DNA of 64,000 nucleotides, from NCBI GenBank assembly GCA_963702845.1, contig OY969763.1, positions 5,152,001-5,216,000 of the forward strand. Reading direction: 5' to 3'. The DNA is from an uncultured Verrucomicrobiae bacterium. Its GTDB lineage: Bacteria; Verrucomicrobiota; Verrucomicrobiia; Limisphaerales; Palsa-1400. This document shows, in pieces, positions 39,518 to 48,909 of the stretch (positions are counted from its first letter, which is position 1; every line of letters starts with the position of its first letter). The translations under genes were made by a program, and so were the position numbers. The notes beneath the pieces were generated by a model that was not told the origin of the DNA, did no database searches, and worked only from the letters and a program-made list of their open reading frames with translations.

Positions 39518-40993
39518 CTACAACGGCTGCTGGCGCAGCGCGGTCTTGAGAATTTTTCCGGTGGCATTACGCGGCAGAGTGGGGAGCACGATAATTTTTT
39601 TGGGTGTTTTGTAATCGGCCAAGCGTTCGCGCAAGTAAGCAAGTATTGCTGAGGAATCGAGTTGGATGCCGTCGTTCGGGGCAACGAAGGCGACGGGTTG
39701 CTCGCCTTTGCGCGAGTCCGGCACGCCGATGACCGCGGCTTCTTTCACGCCGGGAAATTTGTAGAGCACTTCTTCGATCTCGCGCGGGTAAACGTTGATA
39801 CCGTTCACCAGCAGCATGTCCTTCTTGCGATCGGTGATGTAGAAGTAGCCATCGGTGTCGACGTGGCCGATGTCGCCAGTCAGCAGCCAACCGTTGCGGA
39901 TGGCGGCGGCGGTTTCCTGCGGTTGTTTCCAATAGCCTTGCATGACGTTTCCACCGCGCACGCAAACCTCGCCGGTGGTATTTGCGGAAAGGATTTCGCC
40001 GGCTTCGTTTTGGATGGAGACTTCAATGTCGTGAATCGGCACACCAATCGAGCCAGCTTTCCATGGGCCGCGAATGGGATTGAAGGACACGACCGGGCTG
40101 GCTTCGCTCAATCCGTAACCTTCGAGCAAGGGAATCGGGAATTTCGCCGTGAACTCGCGCAAAATTTCGCCAGGCAACGGCGCGCCACCGCTGATGCACA
40201 AGCGCAGCGGCATATCGGGAGGCAGGCCACCGTGCGTGAGCATCCGGAAAAATTGCGGGACGGCCGGGAGAATCGTGGCACGGTGACGGATAATTTCCTG
40301 GACGATATTTTTTGGCGGATGAACGGACTTAATCAGCACGATCGAACCGCCTACGAACAGCGGCAGCAAAATGCCGACGGTCAACATGAAGCTGTGGAAC
40401 ATTGGCAGGAGCACGACGATGCGGTCTTCGCCGACGAGCTCCAGAACCTTGGCGCAACTGTTCACGTTGTGCAGCAAGTTGGAGTGTGCCAGCATCGCGC
40501 CTTTGGGACAGCCGGTGGTGCCGGACGTGTAGATGATGACGGCGAGATCCGAGCCTGTGCGTAAATGTGCGAGTGCTGTTTGGGAATCAACAGTGTTCGG
40601 AATCGTTTCGACATCCAACGAGCGAACCGTCGCGCGCTCACTTTGCACTTTCGTGACGCCCTCTGTCATCGAGCTATCGGTAATGATGACATCGATCGCG
40701 CTGTCGTTGAGGATGTAGACGACTTCGGCTGGTTTAAGAAAATTATTGATCGGCACAGCCACTGCGCCCGCCGCCCAAATTCCGAAAAGCGCTGGAATGA
40801 ATTGCGGACAGTTTTTCAACCAAAGCGCAACGCGATCACCCGGTTTGACGCCAAGTTTCGTGCGCAATTGTTCCGCGATCCAAAGTGATTGCGCGTGGAG
40901 CTGGTTGTAAGAAAACTTTTCATCCCCCCAAAACAACGCCGTCTTCTGCGCGTGCTTTGATGTCATGTCCCGGAACACCTCATCCAAAGTCAT
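39518..40993 (-). CDS. Long-chain fatty acid--CoA ligase
   Basis: IYTSGTTGCPKG, LPMFHSF, EGYGLSE, GWLLTGD, DRKKD, VYPREIE and PRNATGKI. Confidence 0.93.
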   Translation of the reverse strand: MTLDEVFRDMTSKHAQKTALFWGDEKFSYNQLHAQSLWIAEQLRTKLGVKPGDRVALWLKNCPQFIPALFGIWAAGAVAVPINNFLKPAEVVYILNDSAIDVIITDSSMTEGVTKVQSERATVRSLDVETIPNTVDSQTALAHLRTGSDLAVIIYTSGTTGCPKGAMLAHSNLLHNVNSCAKVLELVGEDRIVVLLPMFHSFMLTVGILLPLFVGGSIVLIKSVHPPKNIVQEIIRHRATILPAVPQFFRMLTHGGLPPDMPLRLCISGGAPLPGEILREFTAKFPIPLLEGYGLSEASPVVSFNPIRGPWKAGSIGVPIHDIEVSIQNEAGEILSANTTGEVCVRGGNVMQGYWKQPQETAAAIRNGWLLTGDIGHVDTDGYFYITDRKKDMLLVNGINVYPREIEEVLYKFPGVKEAAVIGVPDSRKGEQPVAFVAPNDGIQLDSSAILAYLRERLADYKTPKKIIVLPTLPRNATGKILKTALRQQPL

Positions 40994-41129
40994 CGCAGTA
41001 AGATAGCGATTTTGACTGAAACGAAAAGCGCCGTTTGAGTAGAACAAGCGCCTCGCGGAAAATCGTTCCGCCCAGGCGTGCTTATTTTCTTGCGCCAACA
41101 TGCGCTTCCTTACTCAATGCTTTGAAGCT

Positions 41130-42446
41130 ATGAACCGGAAAACATTTCTCGCCCTGCTTTTCTGTGCCCTTATTCAGCACCCAGCGGTGTTTGCCGAGAA
41201 CTGGCCGCAATGGCGCGGGCCATCTTTGAACGGTTCGACCATCGAGAAAAACCTGCCGGATAAATGGACCACTACCGAGAACGTTTTGTGGACAGCTCCC
41301 ATGCCCGGACCGAGCCACGCGACGCCGGCCGTGTGGGGTGACTCCGTTTTCGCTACGAGCCCCGACGAAAATAAAAACCTTGTGGCATTTTGCATCGATC
41401 GCAAAACCGGCAAAGTGCGTTGGAAAAAGGATGTCGGCACCGGCGACAAAACAATCGGCCGCAATAACATGTCCACACCATCTCCCGTGACCGATGGCAA
41501 AACCGTGTTCTTCATGTTCGGCACCGGCGAACTCGCCGCGTTTGATTTCAAGGGCAAACAACTTTGGGCGCGGAATATTTGCAAGGAGAGCGGAAAATTT
41601 TCGATCATGTGGCTCTACGGGAGCAGCCCCATGCTTTATAAAAATCACTTATATATTGAGGTGTTGCAGCAAAACCCCGTGCCCTCCGGTTACTCGCACG
41701 TGCTCGATGGCAAGCCTACGCGCGAATCGTTCTTGCTTTGCGTCGATCCGAAAACCGGGAAGGACATTTGGAAACATGTTCGTCCCACGGACGCGTTGGG
41801 TGAATCGCAAGAAGCGTATTCCACTGCCATGCCGAGCGAAGTAAACGGTAAGACCGAAATTGTCATCGTCGGTGGCGATTACGTGACCGGACACGATGCC
41901 AAAGACGGAACCGAACTCTGGCGCGGTGGCGGCTTGAATAATCCGCAGCACCGCCCCGACTCGCGCATGGTCCCCAGCCCGTTGATTGCGAAAGGCCTTG
42001 TCATCGTCAGCGGCCCCAAACGCATGCCGGTGCTTGCATATAAAGACGGCGGTAAAGGCGACATTACGCAAAGCGGTTTGGCGTGGACCTACAAAGATTA
42101 TCCCACCGACTGCGTCACGCCGCTGTTTTATCAGGACAAACTTTTCGTGCTCGACGGCGACAAACAAATGATGACCTGTCTTGAGCCCGACAGCGGCAAA
42201 GTGCTCTGGCAACAAAACCTCGGCGTGCGCCACGTCTTCCGCGCGTCACCGACGGGTGCTGACGGCAAACTCTATTGCTTCAGTGAACACGCGACTGCCG
42301 TGGTGATGGACGCCAAAGACGGCCACGTCATTTCCAAAGCCGCGATGGAACAGGGCGGCGAATCGACCCACGCGACGATTGCGGCGGCGCAAGGTTGCTT
42401 GTTTATTCGTGGCGCGAAGAATCTGTATTGTATCGGAAAGAAATAA
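41130..42446 (+). CDS. Secreted PQQ-binding-like beta-propeller protein
   Basis: Signal peptide then ENWPQWRGP, with repeated D.KTGK..W and SP units. Confidence 0.92.
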   Translation: MNRKTFLALLFCALIQHPAVFAENWPQWRGPSLNGSTIEKNLPDKWTTTENVLWTAPMPGPSHATPAVWGDSVFATSPDENKNLVAFCIDRKTGKVRWKKDVGTGDKTIGRNNMSTPSPVTDGKTVFFMFGTGELAAFDFKGKQLWARNICKESGKFSIMWLYGSSPMLYKNHLYIEVLQQNPVPSGYSHVLDGKPTRESFLLCVDPKTGKDIWKHVRPTDALGESQEAYSTAMPSEVNGKTEIVIVGGDYVTGHDAKDGTELWRGGGLNNPQHRPDSRMVPSPLIAKGLVIVSGPKRMPVLAYKDGGKGDITQSGLAWTYKDYPTDCVTPLFYQDKLFVLDGDKQMMTCLEPDSGKVLWQQNLGVRHVFRASPTGADGKLYCFSEHATAVVMDAKDGHVISKAAMEQGGESTHATIAAAQGCLFIRGAKNLYCIGKK

Positions 42447-42964
42447 TGGCCTTACCTTACAAAATCGCCACGTTGCTATATTGCTTCAATGATCGCGATG
42501 ACGTTTTGCTACTCCATCGCGCGCAGAATCCGAACAAAGATTTGTGGAGCCCGTGTGGCGGCAAGTTGCACACTGAAGAAGGCGAATCGCCCCACGCCTG
42601 CGCCTGTCGCGAGGCCGAAGAAGAAATGGGCCTCAAACTACAGCCACGCGACCTGCACCTGACCGGCATCATCACTGAGCAAGCCTACGAAAACGAATCG
42701 CATTGGTTGCTGTTCCTCTACGAAGTGAAGCCACGCCTGCGCGAAGTCCCACCGCCAATTCGCGAAGGGAAATTTGCGTTCATCCCGATTAACCAGCTTT
42801 CGAAAATTCCGCTGCCGCAAACCGACATCGAACAAATATGGCCGTTGTTCTGGCGTCATCGCGGTGGTTTCTTTGCCGCACATTGTCGCCGTCTGGCCAA
42901 CGGTCAAAACGAGTGGACCATCGAAGAAGAAGAAGATTCTCCACCGCGCCGTTTGATGGATTGA
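42446..42964 (+). CDS. NUDIX hydrolase
   Basis: Nudix box GGKLHTEEGESPHACACREAEEEMG; TAATG overlap with the upstream gene. Confidence 0.9.
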   Translation: MALPYKIATLLYCFNDRDDVLLLHRAQNPNKDLWSPCGGKLHTEEGESPHACACREAEEEMGLKLQPRDLHLTGIITEQAYENESHWLLFLYEVKPRLREVPPPIREGKFAFIPINQLSKIPLPQTDIEQIWPLFWRHRGGFFAAHCRRLANGQNEWTIEEEEDSPPRRLMD

Positions 42965-42988
42965 GAAATCCGTTTCGAATTTTAATTT

Positions 42989-43018
42989 ATCTGTGTCCAT
43001 CTGTGTCCAACTGTGGTT
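42989..43018 (+). repeat. Short tandem ATCTGTGTCC repeats
   Basis: ATCTGTGTCC ATCTGTGTCC AACTGTGGTT in the spacer before tadA. Confidence 0.55.
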
Positions 43019-43029
43019 GATTCTTTAGG

Positions 43030-43524
43030 ATGGACGCGCCGATCATCGACCTCCAAAGCGACCACTACTTCATGGGCGAAGCGTTGCGCCAGGCCGCTCG
43101 CGCCTACGAGGCCGAAGAAGTTCCCGTTGGCGCAGTCATCGTCCGAGCCGGTCGAGTCATTGCTCGCGCCTTCAACCAGGTCGAACTCCTCAAAGACGCC
43201 ACCGCCCACGCCGAAATGCTCGCCATCACGCAGGCCGAAGAGTTGGTCGGCGACTGGCGGTTGAACGACTGCACCATCTACGTCACCAAGGAACCGTGCC
43301 CAATGTGCGCCGGTGCATTAGTTCACGCGCGATTAGGCCGAGTCGTCTTCGGAGTGCGCGACCCAAAAGCTGGCGCGGCCGGCAGCGCGTTGAACCTGCT
43401 CCAATTCCCGACGCTCAATCACAAATGCGACATCACACCCGCCGTTCGGGAGGCGGAGTGCCGCACCATGCTGCAAAATTTTTTCCTCGAACAACGCGAA
43501 AAACCGAAGCCGCCGCTCTCTTGA
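43030..43524 (+). CDS. tadA: tRNA adenosine(34) deaminase
   Basis: EVPVGAV, DATAHAE, EPCPMC, DPKAGA and LNH. Confidence 0.95.
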   Translation: MDAPIIDLQSDHYFMGEALRQAARAYEAEEVPVGAVIVRAGRVIARAFNQVELLKDATAHAEMLAITQAEELVGDWRLNDCTIYVTKEPCPMCAGALVHARLGRVVFGVRDPKAGAAGSALNLLQFPTLNHKCDITPAVREAECRTMLQNFFLEQREKPKPPLS

Positions 43525-43561
43525 TTTGGCAGCAGCCCGAACGCCGAGGCGGGTTTCACTG

Positions 43562-44224
43562 TTAACGGAGGGCGCCCTGGAGCAAGAGGGTCAGGGCTTC
43601 TTTCAGCCCCTGGTCGATGGTGGGAACTTTGTATTGCTGTTTTGCGTTGAGGTAGCGGTTGCGGGTAAGTTTTTGTTCGGTCGTGTCGGTCAGGCCCAGT
43701 AGCAACGCCCATGCGTAGCTTATGATACGGCGGCCTTGTTGCGGCGGGAGGCCGTGGGCGACGAAGAGGCGGTCGACTTGTTGCATTCGGGGCTCGATTC
43801 GAGCATGGAGTTTTTGGTGGGCCTCTGACGGGACTTTGTCGGAGAGGCTTTTTAGGAGGCGGCTTAAGCGTTGGGAGTGGGCGGCTTTCTTTAAGGAGTC
43901 CTGGATGGCGTTGGCGAGGGTTTCGGGGCTCGCGGGCTTTCGGACGGTTTCCAGCCGGGTTTTCAGATTTTCCAGGATTTCCTCGACGGCGACGCCGAGG
44001 AGTTCCATCAGGATGACGCTTTTGTTATCGAAATAGAGGTAAACGGTGCCCTTGGCGAGGCCGGCGCGTTTGGCGAGGGACTCGATGGTGAAATCTTCGG
44101 CGGTGTGGACGCGGCGCAATTCGGTTTCGGCGGCGCGGAGGATGAGGTGGCGGCGCTCGTCTTTCTGCTCGGGTAAATCGGCGCGCTTGAAACGGGTGCG
44201 AACAGGTATTTTACGCGTCGTCAT
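43562..44224 (-). CDS. TetR/AcrR family regulator
   Basis: FTIESLAKRAGLAKGTVYLYFDNK HTH; divergent from the efflux operon. Confidence 0.93.
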   Translation of the reverse strand: MTTRKIPVRTRFKRADLPEQKDERRHLILRAAETELRRVHTAEDFTIESLAKRAGLAKGTVYLYFDNKSVILMELLGVAVEEILENLKTRLETVRKPASPETLANAIQDSLKKAAHSQRLSRLLKSLSDKVPSEAHQKLHARIEPRMQQVDRLFVAHGLPPQQGRRIISYAWALLLGLTDTTEQKLTRNRYLNAKQQYKVPTIDQGLKEALTLLLQGALR

Positions 44225-44263
44225 CGGCTCTAAAATAGAGCGAGAGTCAAACTACGTCCAGAA

Positions 44264-44284
44264 CTAATGAACGCCGGTCATTAG
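44264..44284. promoter_or_regulatory. TetR operator 1
   Basis: Perfect inverted repeat CTAATGA-ACGCCGG-TCATTAG. Confidence 0.75.
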
Positions 44285-44321
44285 AAATTGACAATTGGGG
44301 AGGAAATCTTATGGTGAGTCA

Positions 44322-44342
44322 CTAATGAATAGCGGTCATTTG
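44322..44342. promoter_or_regulatory. TetR operator 2, overlapping the emrA-like start codon
   Basis: CTAATGA-ATAGCGG-TCATTTG, a near copy of operator 1. TTGACA-N16-TATGGT (44288-44315) lies between the two. Confidence 0.7.
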
Positions 44343-45539
44343 CAAGATAAGGCGGAAGGGAAAATAGCAATACAGGAGCCGGTGCTGACTCGGTCCGCAA
44401 CGTCACACGAAGCGCCGCGGCAGAATAACGGCGGCGACAGGCAAAAAGCCGGGCGCTCAAAGACGGCGTTGTGGGTGTTTGCGATTGTAGCCTTGCTGGT
44501 CGTGGGGTGTGCGGCTTGCTGGTTGTACTACTACGAAACGCGGGGGAAATATTTTGAAAGCACGAACGACGCATACGTCGAGGCGGATATGGTGACGATT
44601 GCGCCGAAGGTTTCCGGATATGTTGATGAGGTTTATATCGGGAACAATGACACGGTGCGTGCAGGGCAACCACTCTTACACATCGATGCGCGTGAATACA
44701 GCGCGCAAGTAGCGCATTTGACGGCGCAGGTGGCGGTAGCGCATGCGAATGCGGATAACGTGCAGGCGTCGATTCGGGAGCAGCAGGCGGCAGTGGAACA
44801 GGCGCGGGCGGAAATCGCGCTGGCATTGACTGAGGCTAATTATACTTCGAACCAGGTTGCGCGTTATGAGCCGTTGGTTGCGACTGGCGCGGAAAGTGCG
44901 GAACGTTTGACGACGCTGCGCAAAGAGGCTGAAGCGGCGGCGGGAAAGTTGTCTGTGTCGCAAGCGGCGTTGACCGTGGCTGAGCGGCGGGCTGAATCGT
45001 TGGCAGCGCAGGTGCGCGAGGCCGCGGCGCAAGAGGAAAGCGCCAAGGCGCAATTAGCGGCTGCAAATGTTTTGCTGGAATCGGCGACAATTCGCGCGAG
45101 CGCTGATGGGAAAGTCGGGGACAAGACGGTGCAGCTCGGGCACTTCGTGCAGGCCGGCACGCGGTTGATGTCGATTGTTCCGATGTCGGATATTTATGTG
45201 ACGGCGAATTTTAAGGAGACGCAGATCGGCCGCATGCAGCCGGGCCAGGCGGTCACGATCGCGGTCGATGCGTTGCCGGGGGTGAAAATCAATGGACGAG
45301 TGGCCAGTATTTCTCCGGGGACTGGCGCTGAGTTTTCTTTGATTCCGCCACAGAACGCGACGGGTAATTTCACGAAGATTGTGCAACGGGTTCCGGTGCG
45401 GATTTCTATCGAAGCGGCGCCGGACCAGCGGCGCGTCCTGGTGCCGGGTTTGTCGGTGACTGTGACGGCGGACACGTTCGCCAAGGTGAAGGCGGCCGCG
45501 AATGTTACGGCAACTGCGTCGAGTGTTGTTGCGAAATGA
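44325..45539 (+). CDS. HlyD/EmrA-family membrane fusion protein
   Basis: STNDAYV...PKVSG, ANFKETQ and GTGAEFSLIPPQNATGNFTKIVQRVPVRI. Confidence 0.95.
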   Translation: MNSGHLQDKAEGKIAIQEPVLTRSATSHEAPRQNNGGDRQKAGRSKTALWVFAIVALLVVGCAACWLYYYETRGKYFESTNDAYVEADMVTIAPKVSGYVDEVYIGNNDTVRAGQPLLHIDAREYSAQVAHLTAQVAVAHANADNVQASIREQQAAVEQARAEIALALTEANYTSNQVARYEPLVATGAESAERLTTLRKEAEAAAGKLSVSQAALTVAERRAESLAAQVREAAAQEESAKAQLAAANVLLESATIRASADGKVGDKTVQLGHFVQAGTRLMSIVPMSDIYVTANFKETQIGRMQPGQAVTIAVDALPGVKINGRVASISPGTGAEFSLIPPQNATGNFTKIVQRVPVRISIEAAPDQRRVLVPGLSVTVTADTFAKVKAAANVTATASSVVAK

Positions 45540-47077
45540 CGTCGAAAACCTCAGTTCCAGAGCGGGCGGATTGGTCGGCCTGGCTCGCGGTGATCGCGGG
45601 CGCTCTTGGGGCGCTGATGGCGACGTTTGATATTTCGATCGTCAACTCGTCACTGCCGACGATCCAGGGTGAGATTGGCGCGACCGGGTCGGAAGGAACG
45701 TGGGTCGCGACGGCTTATCTGGTTGCGGAAATTATCATCATTCCGTTGTCGGCGTGGTGTTCACGGCTTCTGGGATTGCGCACGTTTTTGCTTTGTGCGG
45801 CGACATTGTTTACGGGGTTTTCCATTTTGTGCGGTTGTTCAACGACGTTGGTGATGATGATTGTTGGCCGCGTGGGACAGGGGATCACGGGAGGCGCGCT
45901 GATTCCGACGGCAATGACGATCATTGCGACGCGATTGCCGCGCCGGCAGCAGCCGATTGGCAATTCGATTTTCGGAGCGGTGGTGATCCTTGGCCCGGTG
46001 ATTGGGCCGCTGCTTGGCGGTTGGTTGACGGAAAACGTCAGCTGGCACTACGCATTTTTTCTGAATATCCCGATTTGTGCGCTCCTGGTTGTTACGCTGC
46101 TGGCGACGATGCCGCATCAGCCGATGAAGCTGGAACATTTGTTGGAAGCGGATTGGTTGGGAATCATTGGAATGGCAATGGGATTGGGTGGCTTGACGGT
46201 GGTGCTCGAGGAAGGGCAGCGGGAACTGTGGTTTTCGTCGCCGTTGATTTGTGCGTTGACGGGCGTGTCGTTGATCGGTTTCGTTCTGCTGTCGATTGGA
46301 CAGATGATTGCGCCGAAGCCAGTGATTGAATTGCGGTTGCTGCGGGATCGCCAATTCAGTGGAGTGGTGGTGATGGCGGCAGTCGTCGCTGTTGTGAGTT
46401 ATGGCACCTCGTTCGTGCTGCCGCAGTTTCTTGCCGGCATTTCCGATTACAATGCGGTGCAGTCCGGAAGAATAGTGATGCTCGCTGGGATTCCGATGGG
46501 GTTGATGATGCCGGTGATGCCGTTGTTGCTGCGCAAAGTGAATGTCCGGGTGGCTGTGGCGAGCGGGTTGTTGATCCTGGCTATCAGTTCGTTTCTGGAT
46601 ACGGACATCACGGCGATTTCGGACGGAAGCGCGTTTGCGATGTCGCAGATTTTGCGTGGCATCGGGACGATTTTGTCGGCGGTGTTCTTGAATCAGGCGG
46701 CGGTGCGGTCGGTGTCGCGCGAGCAGGCGGCGGATGCGGCGGGACTGTACAATGCGGCGCGCAATTTGGGTGGTTCATTGGCGCTGGCAAGCCTGGGCAT
46801 GTTGCAGGAGCACCGTGTGTGGCTGCACAGTCGCAGGTTGGAGGAATCGATCAGGGCGAATTCGGTGCAAGTGCAAGATTTCGTCGCTCAGCAGAGCCAC
46901 GCGCTCGGGAGTCACTCGGCGGTTTTGCGCGGAATTGAAGGCGTGATTCAAACACAAGCGGCTGTGATCAGCTACGCGGATGTGTTTTGGCTTTTGTCGA
47001 TAGGGATCGTGTTGGTGATCCCGTGCGTGTTTTTGTTGCGACCGCTGCCGGATTCGGAGTTGGTGGCGGCGCATTAG
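45536..47077 (+). CDS. DHA2/EmrB-family MFS efflux transporter
   Basis: DISIVNSSLP, WVATAYL, GPVIGPLLGG and W...F.LNIP over ~14 TM segments. Confidence 0.95.
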   Translation: MTSKTSVPERADWSAWLAVIAGALGALMATFDISIVNSSLPTIQGEIGATGSEGTWVATAYLVAEIIIIPLSAWCSRLLGLRTFLLCAATLFTGFSILCGCSTTLVMMIVGRVGQGITGGALIPTAMTIIATRLPRRQQPIGNSIFGAVVILGPVIGPLLGGWLTENVSWHYAFFLNIPICALLVVTLLATMPHQPMKLEHLLEADWLGIIGMAMGLGGLTVVLEEGQRELWFSSPLICALTGVSLIGFVLLSIGQMIAPKPVIELRLLRDRQFSGVVVMAAVVAVVSYGTSFVLPQFLAGISDYNAVQSGRIVMLAGIPMGLMMPVMPLLLRKVNVRVAVASGLLILAISSFLDTDITAISDGSAFAMSQILRGIGTILSAVFLNQAAVRSVSREQAADAAGLYNAARNLGGSLALASLGMLQEHRVWLHSRRLEESIRANSVQVQDFVAQQSHALGSHSAVLRGIEGVIQTQAAVISYADVFWLLSIGIVLVIPCVFLLRPLPDSELVAAH

Positions 47078-47165
47078 CGGGCGTCCCGTGCCATTTATTG
47101 CGAAGGGCAGGCGCATGTGGTCGAAGCCTCACGGGCCCGAAATCGCACCTGATTTTATTGGTGCC

Positions 47166-47179
47166 AATCAGCGCTGATT
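47166..47179. promoter_or_regulatory. Perfect palindrome, candidate operator
   Basis: AATCAGCGCTGATT, ~60 nt upstream of the oxidoreductase operon. Confidence 0.4.
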
Positions 47180-47240
47180 AACGGTTCACTTCCGAAGCCG
47201 TTTCTGTAACATCGTTTTCACAAAGAACGTCCTGAAAACT

Positions 47241-48566
47241 ATGAACCGATTTCCTGACTACTCGCGCCGCCATTTTCTCGCGACCTCATCGCTCGCAGTG
47301 GCTGGCGTTTTTTCGTCCAATTCCATTTTTGCTAAAAACGTTAAAGCCAAAGGCGGTCCCGTCGAATCCTTCACGCGCAATGGGGACACTCTGAAGGTTG
47401 GCTTGATTGGTTGTGGCGGTCGCGGCAGTGGGGCGGCGGCGAATGCGTTGAATGCGGACTCGAATGTCGTGCTTGTCGCGATGGCGGATGCGTTCCAAGA
47501 CCAGCTCGACTCCAGTCTCGGACACCTCAAAGCGGAATTCGGCGCGCGCGTGCAGGTGGATCCGGAGCGGCGGTTTGTTGGTTTCGATGCTTATAAGAAA
47601 TTGATCGATAGCGATGTCGATGTCGTCTTGCTGGCGACACCACCCGGTTTTCGTCCGATGCATTTGGAATACGCCGTCGCGAAGAAAAAGCACATTTTCA
47701 CGGAGAAACCGATGGCGGTGGACGGCCCTGGCATTCGTTCTGTTCTCAAAACCGTTGAAGAATCGAAGAAGAATAACAAGTGCCTCGTGGCTGGTTTTTG
47801 CTGGCGCTATCACTATCCGAAGCGCGAGACGTTCAAGCAGCTTCACGACGGCGCAATCGGCGATATCCGCACGATTTACACGACTTATAATACCAGCCGG
47901 GTTGGGAAAGAATCGCAGCCCTACGACCGCCAAAACACCCCGCGCGTGATGGAGTGGATGATGCGTCGCTGGTATTTCTTCACCTGGCTTTCGGGCGATC
48001 ACATCGTCGAACAAGCTGTGCACAGCATCGATAAGATGTCGTGGGCGATGGGCGAAGCCGACCCGGTTAGCTGCATCGCCACCGGCGGGCGACAGGTTCG
48101 GACAGAACCAAACAACGGCAACATCTACGACCATTTCGCAGTCGTATACGATTATCCGAATGGCGTGAAAGGTTTCCATTTTTGCCGTCAGCAGGATCGC
48201 TGCGACGGCACTGTCCAGGAAGACATCGCCGGGACCAAAGGCATGTGCCACCTGAAAGGTGAAATCCATCAGATCATTGGCGAGAAGAAATGGAAATACG
48301 AAGGGCCGAAGAACGACATGTATCAGACCGAACATGACGAAATGTTTGCCGCGATTCGTTCCGGTAACGTCATCAACAACGGCGACCGCATGATCAAGAG
48401 CACCGCGCTCGCTGTGATGGGTCGTATGGCTGCTTACACCGGCAAGGTCATCACGTGGGAAGATTGCATCGCTTCGAAGGAATCGATTGTGCCGGCGGAC
48501 ATGTCATGGGACTCGAAAGTTGAAGTCCCGCAGGTCGCGATGCCTGGCCACACGGCATTTATTTAA
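47241..48566 (+). CDS. Tat-exported Gfo/Idh/MocA oxidoreductase
   Basis: SRRHFL leader, IGCGGRG, ATPPGFR, EKPMAVD and WLSGDHIVEQ. Confidence 0.93.
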   Translation: MNRFPDYSRRHFLATSSLAVAGVFSSNSIFAKNVKAKGGPVESFTRNGDTLKVGLIGCGGRGSGAAANALNADSNVVLVAMADAFQDQLDSSLGHLKAEFGARVQVDPERRFVGFDAYKKLIDSDVDVVLLATPPGFRPMHLEYAVAKKKHIFTEKPMAVDGPGIRSVLKTVEESKKNNKCLVAGFCWRYHYPKRETFKQLHDGAIGDIRTIYTTYNTSRVGKESQPYDRQNTPRVMEWMMRRWYFFTWLSGDHIVEQAVHSIDKMSWAMGEADPVSCIATGGRQVRTEPNNGNIYDHFAVVYDYPNGVKGFHFCRQQDRCDGTVQEDIAGTKGMCHLKGEIHQIIGEKKWKYEGPKNDMYQTEHDEMFAAIRSGNVINNGDRMIKSTALAVMGRMAAYTGKVITWEDCIASKESIVPADMSWDSKVEVPQVAMPGHTAFI

Positions 48567-48569
48567 TGC

Positions 48570-48902
48570 ATGAAGCTGCCGAACGGAGATCGAGCAGTTG
48601 TGGACCTCGCCAAGCTCCGCGATTATTCGCTCGATCCTGTTCACGAAGAAGGTAAACACAAAGCTCGTGTGTTTTCCGCCGCACTCGGCATTGGCCGATC
48701 ACAAGCGGAATGGCTTCGAAGCGAACTGCTGAGGCTCGCGCAAACCGCTGATTGCGAGTTGGGGCGCAAGACGGATTACGGCCAACGATTCGTAATGAAC
48801 TGCTCGTTAACCCACTCGGGCCAAAGTGCGCGCATTCGAGTTGTGTGGAATATTCGTCCAGACGAGGATTTCCCTCGAATGATAACCTGCTACGTGATAT
48901 AG
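48570..48902 (+). CDS. DUF6883-like protein (putative toxin/nuclease domain)
   Basis: LPNGDRAVVD..KLRDYSL.P.H..GKHKARVF..ALG...YGQRF...W.I......PR.ITCY signature. Confidence 0.75.
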   Translation: MKLPNGDRAVVDLAKLRDYSLDPVHEEGKHKARVFSAALGIGRSQAEWLRSELLRLAQTADCELGRKTDYGQRFVMNCSLTHSGQSARIRVVWNIRPDEDFPRMITCYVI

Positions 48903-48909
48903 GAACCGA

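Noticed and set aside
39518..40993. Acyl-CoA ligase as the acyl donor for the NRPS cassette
   Set aside because: It is 27 kb away in a housekeeping context and looks like an ordinary FadD-type enzyme. Nothing in the sequence links them.
43525..43561. tRNA or SRP RNA downstream of tadA
   Set aside because: The spacer is only 37 nt, with no cloverleaf or SRP features.
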